NCBI GenBank assembly: GCA_043821365.1
Contig: JBDRCX010000006.1
Location: 519,417-583,416, forward strand
DNA: 64,000 nt
Direction of reading: 5' to 3'
Source: Candidatus Micrarchaeota archaeon
GTDB taxonomy: Archaea; Micrarchaeota; Micrarchaeia; Anstonellales; Bilamarchaeaceae
The notes under the pieces were generated by a model, which was given only the letters and a program-made list of their open reading frames with translations, made no database searches and was not told the origin of the DNA. Both the position numbers and the translations under genes were made by a program. Shown piece by piece: positions 26,101 through 30,846 of this stretch (position 1 is the stretch's first letter; each line of letters opens with the position of its first letter).

Positions 26101-27491
26101 ATCTCAATATAAACAGCAGTTTCCTGAACATGTTCACCTGCTGTTAGTGATATGCCATGAAGCTGTGCTCGTTTTTCTGGTGTTGTTAATTTATTGGCAT
26201 ATAATTGGCTAAGTTCAATTTGTATTTGCATCTGAGTACTATCACTAGAAGCCATGGCAGCAAAAATTCTCTCATGAATTCCGTTGAATTGTTCTAATTG
26301 TTCTGAACTCATGGATTGATAACTTTTCAAATAAGTTTCAACTATTTTTTGTAAACCGCTTGCAGTATATACCTGTTGCAATGTTGCTTCATCTGTTTTC
26401 AAACCAACTATTGCATCATGCAGTCCACCTACTGTTGGAATTTCTTGGCTTTCAATGTCTGCAATTAGATGATCTCTGATCTCATTTCTAACTGTTGCTT
26501 CATCTTTTCTACCAGTTACTAAGTCGTCGCTCCATGTTGCTAATTTTTTCCTAAATGCACTATCAGCAGTTTCATACTGAGCTAATATGTATTCATATAA
26601 TGCAAGCTCATCTTCTTTCAGTGTTCCTTGTTCAGCAAATTCTGTTCTCAATTCTTTAACTCTTACATACATTCCTTGGATAAAACTTGGTGGGGCATCA
26701 CGCATTCCTAAATCTTGTAGGTGCTCTATCATTCCGTCTATTCCGGCAAGCTTTTGTTGCTTTAGAATCCCAACACCATCTCTGAATCTTTGCATTACTT
26801 CTTGGAGTTCTTGATTATTTTCATCAGTAAATTCTTGTCCTGCATCTATCTGTCTCTTAAGAACTTGTGACACTTGGATGATACCCTGTCCAAGGCTACT
26901 TTGCGGTGTTATATACTGTTTATTAGAAATAAAAAATTCTGATAATTCTATCAATCCCTTAATCCTTTTTTCAGATAGGCCATAGTCTTGGAAAGATGCA
27001 CGCAATGCCTCAGTCAGTTCTTGTGGTGCATCGACAAGTCTTTTTTCAAGCGCTATTATAGTTACCAATCCAGTAAGTTTTGCTTCTGCTTCATCCATCA
27101 ATTCTCTTGATTTTTCTAGCTGTCCGGTTCTCATTTCCTGTATGCTTTTATCTGCTAAACTTCTAATGCGTGCAATCTCTGGCGTATACTTGGTTAATGA
27201 TTCACCATCTAATCTTTCGGATATCTGTCCATCCAATGCTCTACGTCTTTGTTCAACAGCTTCTACAGTTGGTAATGTTGATCCAAGTGCTCCTGCAGTT
27301 TCTGCAAGTTGAGTTCTAGCATGATCAGCAGCTGCAGTAGCTTCTCTTAATTCCCGTTCTGCTCTAGCACGTGGCCCTCTTCTCGGAGTTATGCTTGCCA
27401 GTCCACCTGCAACGTCTCGTACTTCCCCTACAACTCGGTCGGCCTGTCCTACAGCAAGTTCAACATCAGTTGGTCTAACCTGTTCAGCCAA
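14157..27491 (-). CDS. Giant multidomain protein (4,444 aa): helical N-terminal region, glycine-zipper hydrophobic segment, GGDEF-like palm domains, PPP-family phosphatase domain and a novel C-terminal module
   Basis: Uninterrupted 13,335-nt ORF in an AT-rich genome with a TTG start. Motifs read directly: GDVHGD / GDYIDRG / GNHE; GGGDE; G/A-rich hydrophobic repeats. Confidence 0.9.
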   Translation of the reverse strand: MAEQVRPTDVELAVGQADRVVGEVRDVAGGLASITPRRGPRARAERELREATAAADHARTQLAETAGALGSTLPTVEAVEQRRRALDGQISERLDGESLTKYTPEIARIRSLADKSIQEMRTGQLEKSRELMDEAEAKLTGLVTIIALEKRLVDAPQELTEALRASFQDYGLSEKRIKGLIELSEFFISNKQYITPQSSLGQGIIQVSQVLKRQIDAGQEFTDENNQELQEVMQRFRDGVGILKQQKLAGIDGMIEHLQDLGMRDAPPSFIQGMYVRVKELRTEFAEQGTLKEDELALYEYILAQYETADSAFRKKLATWSDDLVTGRKDEATVRNEIRDHLIADIESQEIPTVGGLHDAIVGLKTDEATLQQVYTASGLQKIVETYLKSYQSMSSEQLEQFNGIHERIFAAMASSDSTQMQIQIELSQLYANKLTTPEKRAQLHGISLTAGEHVQETAVYIEITKTQLAILELHETARQKKQIDLTDLYSRPIEYMDRLLEKIANGEELTDKERTAYGRMQILYLGKPEQIASFVAGDGIHTLDPSLRTLGNVADITGKARDLAFYGTIDILHRAQDAIEGDKSQEEFLVYILGANACSRPINDRDVATIADEITRMEIESLPVEKVRWILEAELRKQKGMEGIPSSSVRRNIQAYYDAAEVLFARGDVEGAERVRDLADLYCRAAKQPGEKEIPEFVRTVLGDYRGSTALGDHRILDMLLEEGNPQRFVPTTLSGPLGTALISGNSFINTINSSEDEKLVALLPVGDTKRIASLESIQQEHDSRLMLLEFQRTGSKIIGTTPTQQTRIGATYTAQSGYHERKATVAEKAGRILEADIQTQEAERIDYERITTMAEGFSTSYSRGLELVQQARTMRKAGTPEADVLEQKGLRMIYLSQQGQQALLQLHSSITTIRTIHRYRGRKEYDEAAQILLELSKIEEPELDDTQRRMIAGASYTMLEGGAKVGRERQIQHTVARFVKSIEAEQARLRELDQQHGSGREEGAITLAATVEHAGATIEAGTPLLDTQARMQELELAKRYARRERFGHAQKTLKSAVFGIQLDQRKVDIHQQHAMLFDMADDSQRDGEVLRTEIKTGNDGEPVVVGFDYRGLMEEVYSIDMTRATGNFREVELRLATFPKRVEFAQQSQMLLLERGSFERQAEALMQQYADTTEGKGMEPETKERTQESRQIIASGAATLAAELDAAAGKVDDEIDRMVNGTSTPESIDQQLEYVRIQLDQFTANQPLMIRRMYQKTGLEVNAGRLASMEDKIERTHGEMKEGEIGEIIVHHASELSDTAHHLRLQTAEVVHLIDGDIAELSRGGVGSGELDGTIDETNQRFASFASVYQVGMQRLSQMEYLRQREVELTRLEHNLGEFGKPQEIPQGDEKIDYAAIGAHQQVLDAVLATGITRALAGNAKEVREDLVQTSRVLGTSIDVMLTEGYADTFKPEYSRDLIWGIYQATNGFNGRIYNQRRIEKGGQAVYEEMVEDGTPMRKGLAYLQEHDQIRPGLHAQLTADLEFSRISTRVDQFNAGAQLAMSCLEDSIMLFDNVDQYVRTHGYSPFNMNLRWRAADLLQIGRAAASDPEGITRKILSGGQVSLPAIEVKIRDRDGVYDDAKISAGADYDDIPHALYAAMHGYLDSLQTYSVGFKHVEGDRFALAAHREPIKLADLYTTATFAKMGIAWDEDDGWTQVRLTPEEHKVVLAHATGTKDIKGISQLLGDYFGVHLGLTTIWSYSERKQMYDVVATYADHDLEVINGVLQNRLQGGKPATDEYIQGLYAETSDFAGQYDTDYGRLLKEGQSSESTARGIQAGVELTLALGLTATGFGAVVGVGFGTKALHDLAENSRRSGGFSQMGTAEQVLGVGGVVLGFGGAALGSLSGIANESLAVGRVTMFSSMMGTGGRGITVLGGGLMAGGLGMAGYGAYESGKAWIHGDIGGLEFFTTGVLGVVQATAPVGAHVAPTRTARAWRVAGTSQDTRGAKIFRGVMTGLTGETVHTMSLAETTALRAQHGKRFGQLGETQKTLYGQMELRLGRSLTPEEGLVFMDRIPTRKVGGRTEFRPLGAAATEKFLAEAEVYFLNPPEAEIPGGHPHDAEQDAPVDRTTEMRERRERAAEQVLHAQLKSRFIEPGEDGTTYRLGRGEEQKTYSSEHVDTALRIVSSAERILNNPEFASLPPEQKRAFVAEALRGQPEKVQRHAMELALNPEYLANRKSRARQLEFGLDAAMKIPEIARQPEAIVIRAMSEEQRLLERPVTVENLRETITRRKANVSRFRGEAKVLREAGETARAKQLEEFATRIEQGTEKLAAKLRTLEPVRHDESQEFVERKRAITDIEVDGKRPWSEITEQERAAAWPEIKRLYDEAYGAADLHYSNPEKLFTEVTPIWFVAREGGRIVAFATASRTPRGELRIGLFGATQEGQAGRTAIHSLVRRLTTSEDTYSLVSGRPAHLVRKYEGEFTLFEEAKIAMGSGIQRGELSPTKPGKNLKALRRMAGFETSEIVLEASKRTGRPVAEIKFEDLVDQAAIRGEIPDTPEAKARCFAVSQDIEGSPTIVIKLMVGHPRKVGAQARVTETAMPIAVGAEGIEPTPISKGRRTRGPETKVVEPETRAPVVEPESIEAGEFVRLRPSRELFKTDDVVGHVLRRAGVELIDGELVRTGQPEWLIGHEAVAGEEVSIGRMVRSIEDVILSDAMQGQEMDVIVIRPDKKSLSQINKMFGEEVGDQALGVYQDIIQGAVRRIIGDSQEQTAHIIRPPSGGGDEAVGIIIVPKGKGEDVRTRLGQEMRAVTDAEFQRISTASDGSGRLRYSLSLMTDPLRLIEASYDISRPVTVGRAEDGRAVAVHADGSDAMLQRSESRIGFLEGLITRAEEDGSLSFAPSLRERLGVRTGVGWKLSESIGQVGDGETVSGTAFEVRLQIDDNQAYVDIGGRLPGVERTVETPYLEITGKGYAEVERNAFGLRGFNTFLGHDGANYLVSTVEAAVARYATEHGVTVRRLGTMKYVIEGGTPADATVMARVIDEQLHSAGVKMSVQKQGAVPIENANFADAMASISNGRLRMLWGSENYDSADAIIAAMAIGNDDTLTRLGLGKLRDITEVIRKNPQLRKVEDLVIKLRRLPEPRGADMLEAFQDFVLTEGRTFEIRRQAITRSPDGMSLAIVDDAPRLAPVQKRTGEPDHAYRYRVRQQEREVELAVQEQQLGKRIPESTKLGRRLHLIAEDSKLGTANERMLAEQLGSDATYQEAIRTGSLDEAIAIADRYGTVLEAIESSPPTMKQGAYVDVIQNARQVIAIGDVHGDVYGVVDQFLRQGILIDTMEGIPRTLPKTDPRYVPPAKRYRLNPDLPEGSQIVFMGDYIDRGPTSVDVVELVSQMKSDGGQTGTRVHALRGNHEELFRRFVEFYRGSSDQEVRAVFEGKANADDIMGAMKQWSRVGVDQTFESIIERYGSWENFIHENYDQQGRVIEGSFMHFIEQSRAAVIIDNNYFTHGGPVLQSDGQLITSPEMLDAHFQRLFTTADNHWGTVFGDIRVMESGDYSSAYVEGRHGWAPIMSQEIAAQWREALGVDHIYVGHSRGKGVRAAGGYVTNLDASMSEAYGRGSGFVVIDPLRKTAPARLHTSRAPEDSPHLIGVADDSHVPTDFTNGRDRTTILRNPISQAADDVYAGREVVVKRPDVTKPPSRSILGMEESDLPSRVTYEAVIREDGNVQFNFEYDGVENILLVRIADDGMTPAELRTYYEGEISREVNSAKETHILDTLDQSLSSSPEMMRDAVMAGAKTIRRTAPEETRVQMLEAYSRTVAALDEHLHYAQVEGFITIGQIGNVLGFAAKLHLLGVDPVPLLSHEVKPGVRNGLLDNFRPTDVDSFRMLEQATETSRRLLDRIPLDQITDPDARGAVVKHIFEYLFDDVSRLPTAESREAYMQLIGSNLDNLDFGVLSEALAIRVDVKVGRKTRQETILLGDITADRADQLSVRPNRLPFATYLLPETGPVPRSLVLRALSSDAIRKELRSHANFRQVADLMDNIFNSSGNTTVEPWLRLVGAELEYIARDGATKADKAEFLGSSRTRGKIDYMDLIYNAYLDGKVSPADLARISRNLIGPDGGVLPIDAFTQTVSSEIGKLFIPSDVQLPAAFILENIDLIMDYTQYRGNLTEAAPRSTQNLVGYYGPQEGFGEAAIVFDQAIRAMAEGRFQEFKFSDEFRGELISLVGEERGSRIFETWRQNHTADQVTVGDATHTILETGSFEDGFYGGRVRGERTCQDISQQTFHIAGIVGTVELPWIKQIVIKNPAGEIIYRRRIFLMQGDDGNPILVAQPKYGAKDMPGLAEIDTAVMASIRTRYEEMGIGVRDIDHAYANDIGPNAGYRTFTSGRSPYYYMDSNGYVVRAGREGIVFARHGLHYREPGTSEGYRQPDIFQKGWNERRDITGELIKD
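16650..17600 (-). other. PPP-family (calcineurin-like) Ser/Thr phosphatase or ApaH-like metallophosphatase domain inside the giant ORF
   Basis: IAIGDVHGD (17562-17579), MGDYIDRG (17379-17399), RGNHE (17283-17294), downstream THGG and VGHS. Confidence 0.8.
19000..19380 (-). other. GGDEF-like nucleotidyl-cyclase palm domain inside the giant ORF
   Basis: MDVIVIRPDKKSLSQINKMFGEEVGDQAL...IRPPSGGGDEAVGIIIV is collinear with the GGDEF pattern (D-x-D-x-FK-x-iND-x-GH-x-GD ... GGDEF). GGGDE lies at 19173-19187. Confidence 0.55.
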
Positions 27492-27499
27492 ATCTTCAC

Positions 27500-27814
27500 C
27501 TAATTTTTCGTATAACAGATATTTACAAATTCCTGCAGCATATTAATGCGTTCGTTGTAATCTCGTCTTCTATTTTTTGTAATTAAAACTTTCTTTTCCC
27601 ATTCACTCAAAGCAGTGTGTAATTTTTTGTACCCCGTAAATTTTGGTTCAAGGTCTTTTGGTCTTGTTTTTGCATTATCCCATTTTGCAATTGCATCTTC
27701 AAGTACAGAAATAGTGTTATTGACTTTTTCAATAACCTTCTTTTCAACAAGATCTATGTTTGATTCATTGACTGGTTGACCAAATTCAAAATCTTTATTC
27801 TTGTTGTTATCCAT
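27500..27814 (-). CDS. Hypothetical small helical protein, first gene of the giant-protein operon
   Basis: 104-aa ORF whose stop lies 8 nt upstream of the giant ORF start. An ATATATAAAAAT box sits about 35 nt upstream on the minus strand. Confidence 0.5.
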   Translation of the reverse strand: MDNNKNKDFEFGQPVNESNIDLVEKKVIEKVNNTISVLEDAIAKWDNAKTRPKDLEPKFTGYKKLHTALSEWEKKVLITKNRRRDYNERINMLQEFVNICYTKN

Positions 27815-27924
27815 GGTTCCCCTCTATACTCTTTGCTTATCTCTTATTTTTATATATTCCTCTCACGTAACCTTGTTTTCGATTCAACGCCAAGTTTTTT
27901 AACTGATCCCAACAAATAATTTTT

Positions 27925-28458
27925 ATGGCAAATACTCAGTCACGGCCTCCTAATTTGCGTCTTATCAAAGGTGATCACACCACACCATTCAATCGTTCCA
28001 GAACTGAAGTTCTATTATCTGAAATTCAAACTGGTGGCCCGTCTTATATGAAAATAAGGGAACTTTCAAAACAAATAAAATCAAAAATTGCTTTTTTGGA
28101 AGCAGAATTGGCAGATGATGGGAAGAATCTTCGTAGTGGTCTTCAAAATTTCTTAGCTGTCATGGCAAGCAGTAGAAAAGATGAACTAACTGGCAGTGGT
28201 GTTGACTTTAGGGATCCTTCTGATCCTAAAAAAGTTGCTGTTAGTCTTGTGAGTGGTGAAACAGATTCTCCTGAAGCACAACCCAAAATTGATCAAATTA
28301 TAGCTAGTTGCATAGAAGTTGCAAAATCAGATGTTGAATTTTTAAGAGAAGTTCTCATCTCAACTAGAGACAAAGGTTCGGTTACTCATGAACAATTTCC
28401 TAAATTAAAAGATATTTTAGAAAATAATAGTTATTGGCGCTTTATTGAACCAACTTAA
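27925..28458 (+). CDS. Hypothetical protein, divergent from the giant operon
   Basis: 177-aa ORF with no recognisable motif. Confidence 0.45.
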   Translation: MANTQSRPPNLRLIKGDHTTPFNRSRTEVLLSEIQTGGPSYMKIRELSKQIKSKIAFLEAELADDGKNLRSGLQNFLAVMASSRKDELTGSGVDFRDPSDPKKVAVSLVSGETDSPEAQPKIDQIIASCIEVAKSDVEFLREVLISTRDKGSVTHEQFPKLKDILENNSYWRFIEPT

Positions 28459-28459
28459 A

Positions 28460-29614
28460 TTATTCAGGATGAGCAGCAGCACTTGTAACTTTTAATTGCA
28501 CTACTTTTTTTGGATCAGACCACACTGGAGCTGTTTCATGTTGGTGCGTATTTTGATGGTTTTCATTATGCCCCATTGGTCCTTCATGTAATGGGTGATG
28601 TTCCTCATGATGTGTATTACCATGTCCACCATGCCAGAATCCACCAACTAATCTTGAATGTCCTGGGTGTAAATGTGCATCAGCTTCAAACACTGCTCCT
28701 TCATGATGCCCCCCATGTGAATGATGATCATGATGTTCTACATGTGCATGATGTCCTTCTATGTGGCGATGAGTACTATGATGTTCTCCGTGATTACCTT
28801 CATGATGATGTTCACTACGGTGTCCTTCATTGGTATGATGACTTCCATGATGTTCCTCATGATGTGTATTACCATGTCCACCATGCCAGAATCCACCAAC
28901 TAATCTTGAATGTCCTGGGTGTAAATGTGCATCAGCTTCAAACACTGTTCCTTCATGTGAATGATGTTCTTCATGTGCATGATGTGATCCATGCTCATGA
29001 TTGTCATGATGAGATTCTCCATGTTGATGCCCTTGTTCATCATGGTGATGACCTATATGCGGTTCTCTATCCTGTGCATGATGTTGTTCATTATGAGAAG
29101 AATGTTTCTCTTGATTTCCATGTTCTGCATGAGCATGTTGTCTGTTAGGACCAGCATATAAAAGTTGGATTAAGTTTCCGTGTGTTTCATAACCAACTAT
29201 TTCCACTTGTTCCTGTGCTGCTGTTTCTTTTTTTGTAGAAACACCAGTTTCGTTTTGACCTAGTTTATCAAATAGGGGAGTTGTTTTTCGTTGTTCTACA
29301 TAATAATTATGTTTCATCCCACCAGTTGCTCTGTCTGCGTAGGTCCATACTCTTGCCCGCTTTCCATATGTGTATATACCTCCGCATGCTGCACGGGGGG
29401 AAATCCAGACTGTTTTTTGTTTTTTGGGTTTTTGTAGAGTGTGGTGCCCGGGTTCAATTAATCTTGGTATTTGTACTGGGTGATGTATAAATTCAACTAA
29501 CTGTGATGGGTGATACATAGCCCCAACTAGTCTTGGTCTTCGTAGTGAAGGCGGTTCAATTTTCGGAATTGGCATTTTTCTCTGCGCAATTCCAGCACTA
29601 GTCTTAATCATCAA
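28460..29614 (-). CDS. Extremely histidine-rich protein with an internal tandem duplication (putative metal-binding)
   Basis: The C-terminal two thirds are dominated by H, with E/G/N. The motif VFEADAHLHPGHSRLVGGFWHGGHGNTHHEEHH occurs twice. TTG start. Confidence 0.75.
   Translation of the reverse strand: MMIKTSAGIAQRKMPIPKIEPPSLRRPRLVGAMYHPSQLVEFIHHPVQIPRLIEPGHHTLQKPKKQKTVWISPRAACGGIYTYGKRARVWTYADRATGGMKHNYYVEQRKTTPLFDKLGQNETGVSTKKETAAQEQVEIVGYETHGNLIQLLYAGPNRQHAHAEHGNQEKHSSHNEQHHAQDREPHIGHHHDEQGHQHGESHHDNHEHGSHHAHEEHHSHEGTVFEADAHLHPGHSRLVGGFWHGGHGNTHHEEHHGSHHTNEGHRSEHHHEGNHGEHHSTHRHIEGHHAHVEHHDHHSHGGHHEGAVFEADAHLHPGHSRLVGGFWHGGHGNTHHEEHHPLHEGPMGHNENHQNTHQHETAPVWSDPKKVVQLKVTSAAAHPE
28596..28947. 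repeat. Direct repeat: two perfect 100-bp copies (28596-28695 and 28848-28947), period 252 bp, in-frame inside the His-rich gene
   Basis: Identical strings tgatgttcctcatgatgtgtattaccatgtccaccatgccagaatccaccaactaatcttgaatgtcctgggtgtaaatgtgcatcagcttcaaacactg read at both positions. Confidence 0.9.
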
Positions 29615-29674
29615 ATGACAAGTTGTTCCTGTTGCTTTTAAAACTTAATTATTGGATTTCGTTCCTTGTCGTAT

Positions 29675-29853
29675 GCGACTTTTTAGGAAAAAGTCGCCCA
29701 AAAACTAGTTAAAAAAACTCATCCTTGAACAAAGTTCAAGGTGCAAATTGTTGCTCTGCAACAATTACGTGGCAAAAAACTAATTTGCTATTTGGAAAAA
29801 AGGTAGCACCAAAAACTCATCATTAGTAAAATTGTGCCACAAAAAACTGATTT
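29675..29853. repeat. Array of short hairpins, each associated with a CAAAA(A)CT-N-(A/G)TT motif
   Basis: Hairpins at 29675-29697 (GCGACTTTTT/AAAAAGTCGC), 29723-29741 and 29746-29766. Motifs at 29698-29710, 29773-29790, 29809-29820 and 29838-29853. Confidence 0.7.
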
Positions 29854-29870
29854 ATTATTTGGAATACCCA

Positions 29871-30269
29871 CTAATCGTCCATACATCTTTGATGTCCATT
29901 AGGGCATGTCATGCTAGTGTCATCATAGAATCCTTCATCATAATTAATGTCTATACTGGCTTCTTTTTCACAATAAAGTTTATTGCACTCGGGACAATAA
30001 TAGTCAAGACCCATTTTCTGTATCCATTTTTCTCTTATTAATTTATGGATTTTCAGATAATTTTTTTCTTCAATCCATTTTTTTACTTCTACAATATCCA
30101 CTTCATTAATGGTTATTGATCTCAATGGACTATAAATTGTAAATTCATTTTCTCCAAATTTTATTAATACAATTTCCTGGCCACAGCTATCACATTTTAG
30201 TCTGTAATCAGCTTCTATTTTTGCTAATTTTTTTCTATCCTGTGTTTCATCAAATGAAGTTACTCCCAT
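29871..30269 (-). CDS. Hypothetical zinc-ribbon protein, third gene after the RHH/RelE pair
   Basis: CDSCGQ...CPECNKLYC...CPNGHQRC cysteine pairs. ATG at 30269 is preceded by AAGGTGGA and avoids overlap with the relE-like gene; the track start is 30326. Confidence 0.5.
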   Translation of the reverse strand: MGVTSFDETQDRKKLAKIEADYRLKCDSCGQEIVLIKFGENEFTIYSPLRSITINEVDIVEVKKWIEEKNYLKIHKLIREKWIQKMGLDYYCPECNKLYCEKEASIDINYDEGFYDDTSMTCPNGHQRCMDD

Positions 30270-30279
30270 TATTCCACCT

Positions 30280-30543
30280 TTATTTGAATGAAAGATACCA
30301 CCTTTCATATTCTTTATGAGTTGCAAAACACCTTAAGATAAAAAGTCGATCATCTTCAACTTGGTAGACCAAACGCGATTGTTTGGTCACATTTACTACG
30401 TTAAAAGGCAATCCATACCGCATATGACGGCGAGTTGGCATATTAACTATCTTTTCTATGTGTTTTTTAAAATATAATCTAAGTTGCGCATCCATCTTAC
30501 TAAGTTCTTCTTCAGCTAATTCTGATATGCGCACTTCAATCAT
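30280..30543 (-). CDS. RelE/ParE-superfamily toxin
   Basis: 87 aa with the C-terminal pattern RLVYQVEDDRLFILRCFATHKEYERWY. Tightly coupled (4-nt gap) to the upstream small RHH-like gene. Confidence 0.7.
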   Translation of the reverse strand: MIEVRISELAEEELSKMDAQLRLYFKKHIEKIVNMPTRRHMRYGLPFNVVNVTKQSRLVYQVEDDRLFILRCFATHKEYERWYLSFK

Positions 30544-30547
30544 TTAA

Positions 30548-30805
30548 TCACATATGGTATTTTTTCTTTATCTCCTCAAAGCTTTTGGTTTTGATTTTAC
30601 CAGATCTAATTTTTTCCATTTCAGATTCTATGCCTTTATTGACTAGATAAACCTCTTCCTCGCTTATGGCTCTGTCATATGCAAGTAATGCTTGACGAAT
30701 CACCTCAGTCTGACTACCGGCATATCCTTTATTTATCAATTTTTTGATAATTATCTCGTATGGCTCTCCCAATATAATATTCATATCCACACCATAAACA
30801 TTCAA
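30548..30805 (-). CDS. Antitoxin, ribbon-helix-helix-like (ParD/RelB-like)
   Basis: Small acidic protein with GYAGSQTEVIRQALLAY, sitting directly upstream of the toxin. The start is uncertain (TTG 30805 or ATG 30784). Confidence 0.6.
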   Translation of the reverse strand: MNVYGVDMNIILGEPYEIIIKKLINKGYAGSQTEVIRQALLAYDRAISEEEVYLVNKGIESEMEKIRSGKIKTKSFEEIKKKYHM

Positions 30806-30846
30806 TGCACATTAGAGTTTATAAAGGATGTGTATTCACTGGTCAT

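Noticed and set aside
14208-26814. About 45 plus- and minus-strand ORFs of 60-156 aa listed by the track inside the giant gene (for example 19354-19824 and 21079-21474).
   Set aside because: All are nested in or antisense to a single 13.3-kb uninterrupted ORF. Their translations are low-complexity (L/S/F/C-rich), as expected for out-of-frame or antisense reading of an A/E/R/G-rich gene, and none has a recognisable motif.
14157-27491. Recent horizontal transfer of the giant gene inferred from its R/A/G-rich protein composition.
   Set aside because: Its codon third positions are A/T-biased (AGA for Arg, GCA for Ala, GAA, CAA) like the rest of the window. The nucleotide signature therefore does not support recent acquisition. 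The composition difference is noted only in the finding.
28510-29148. A 212-aa plus-strand ORF rich in H/D/V/Y opposite the His-rich gene.
   Set aside because: It is an antisense artefact. CAT/CAC (His) codons read ATG/GTG on the other strand, which keeps the antisense frame open. The minus-strand frame has the longer ORF, a start context and the coherent repeat structure.
29675-29853. A possible CRISPR array or C/D-box sRNA cluster in the hairpin array.
   Set aside because: The units are not identical repeats of constant length with unique spacers, and no cas genes are nearby. A UGAUGA box exists on the minus strand (around 29816-29825), but no CUGA D box lies at a plausible distance.
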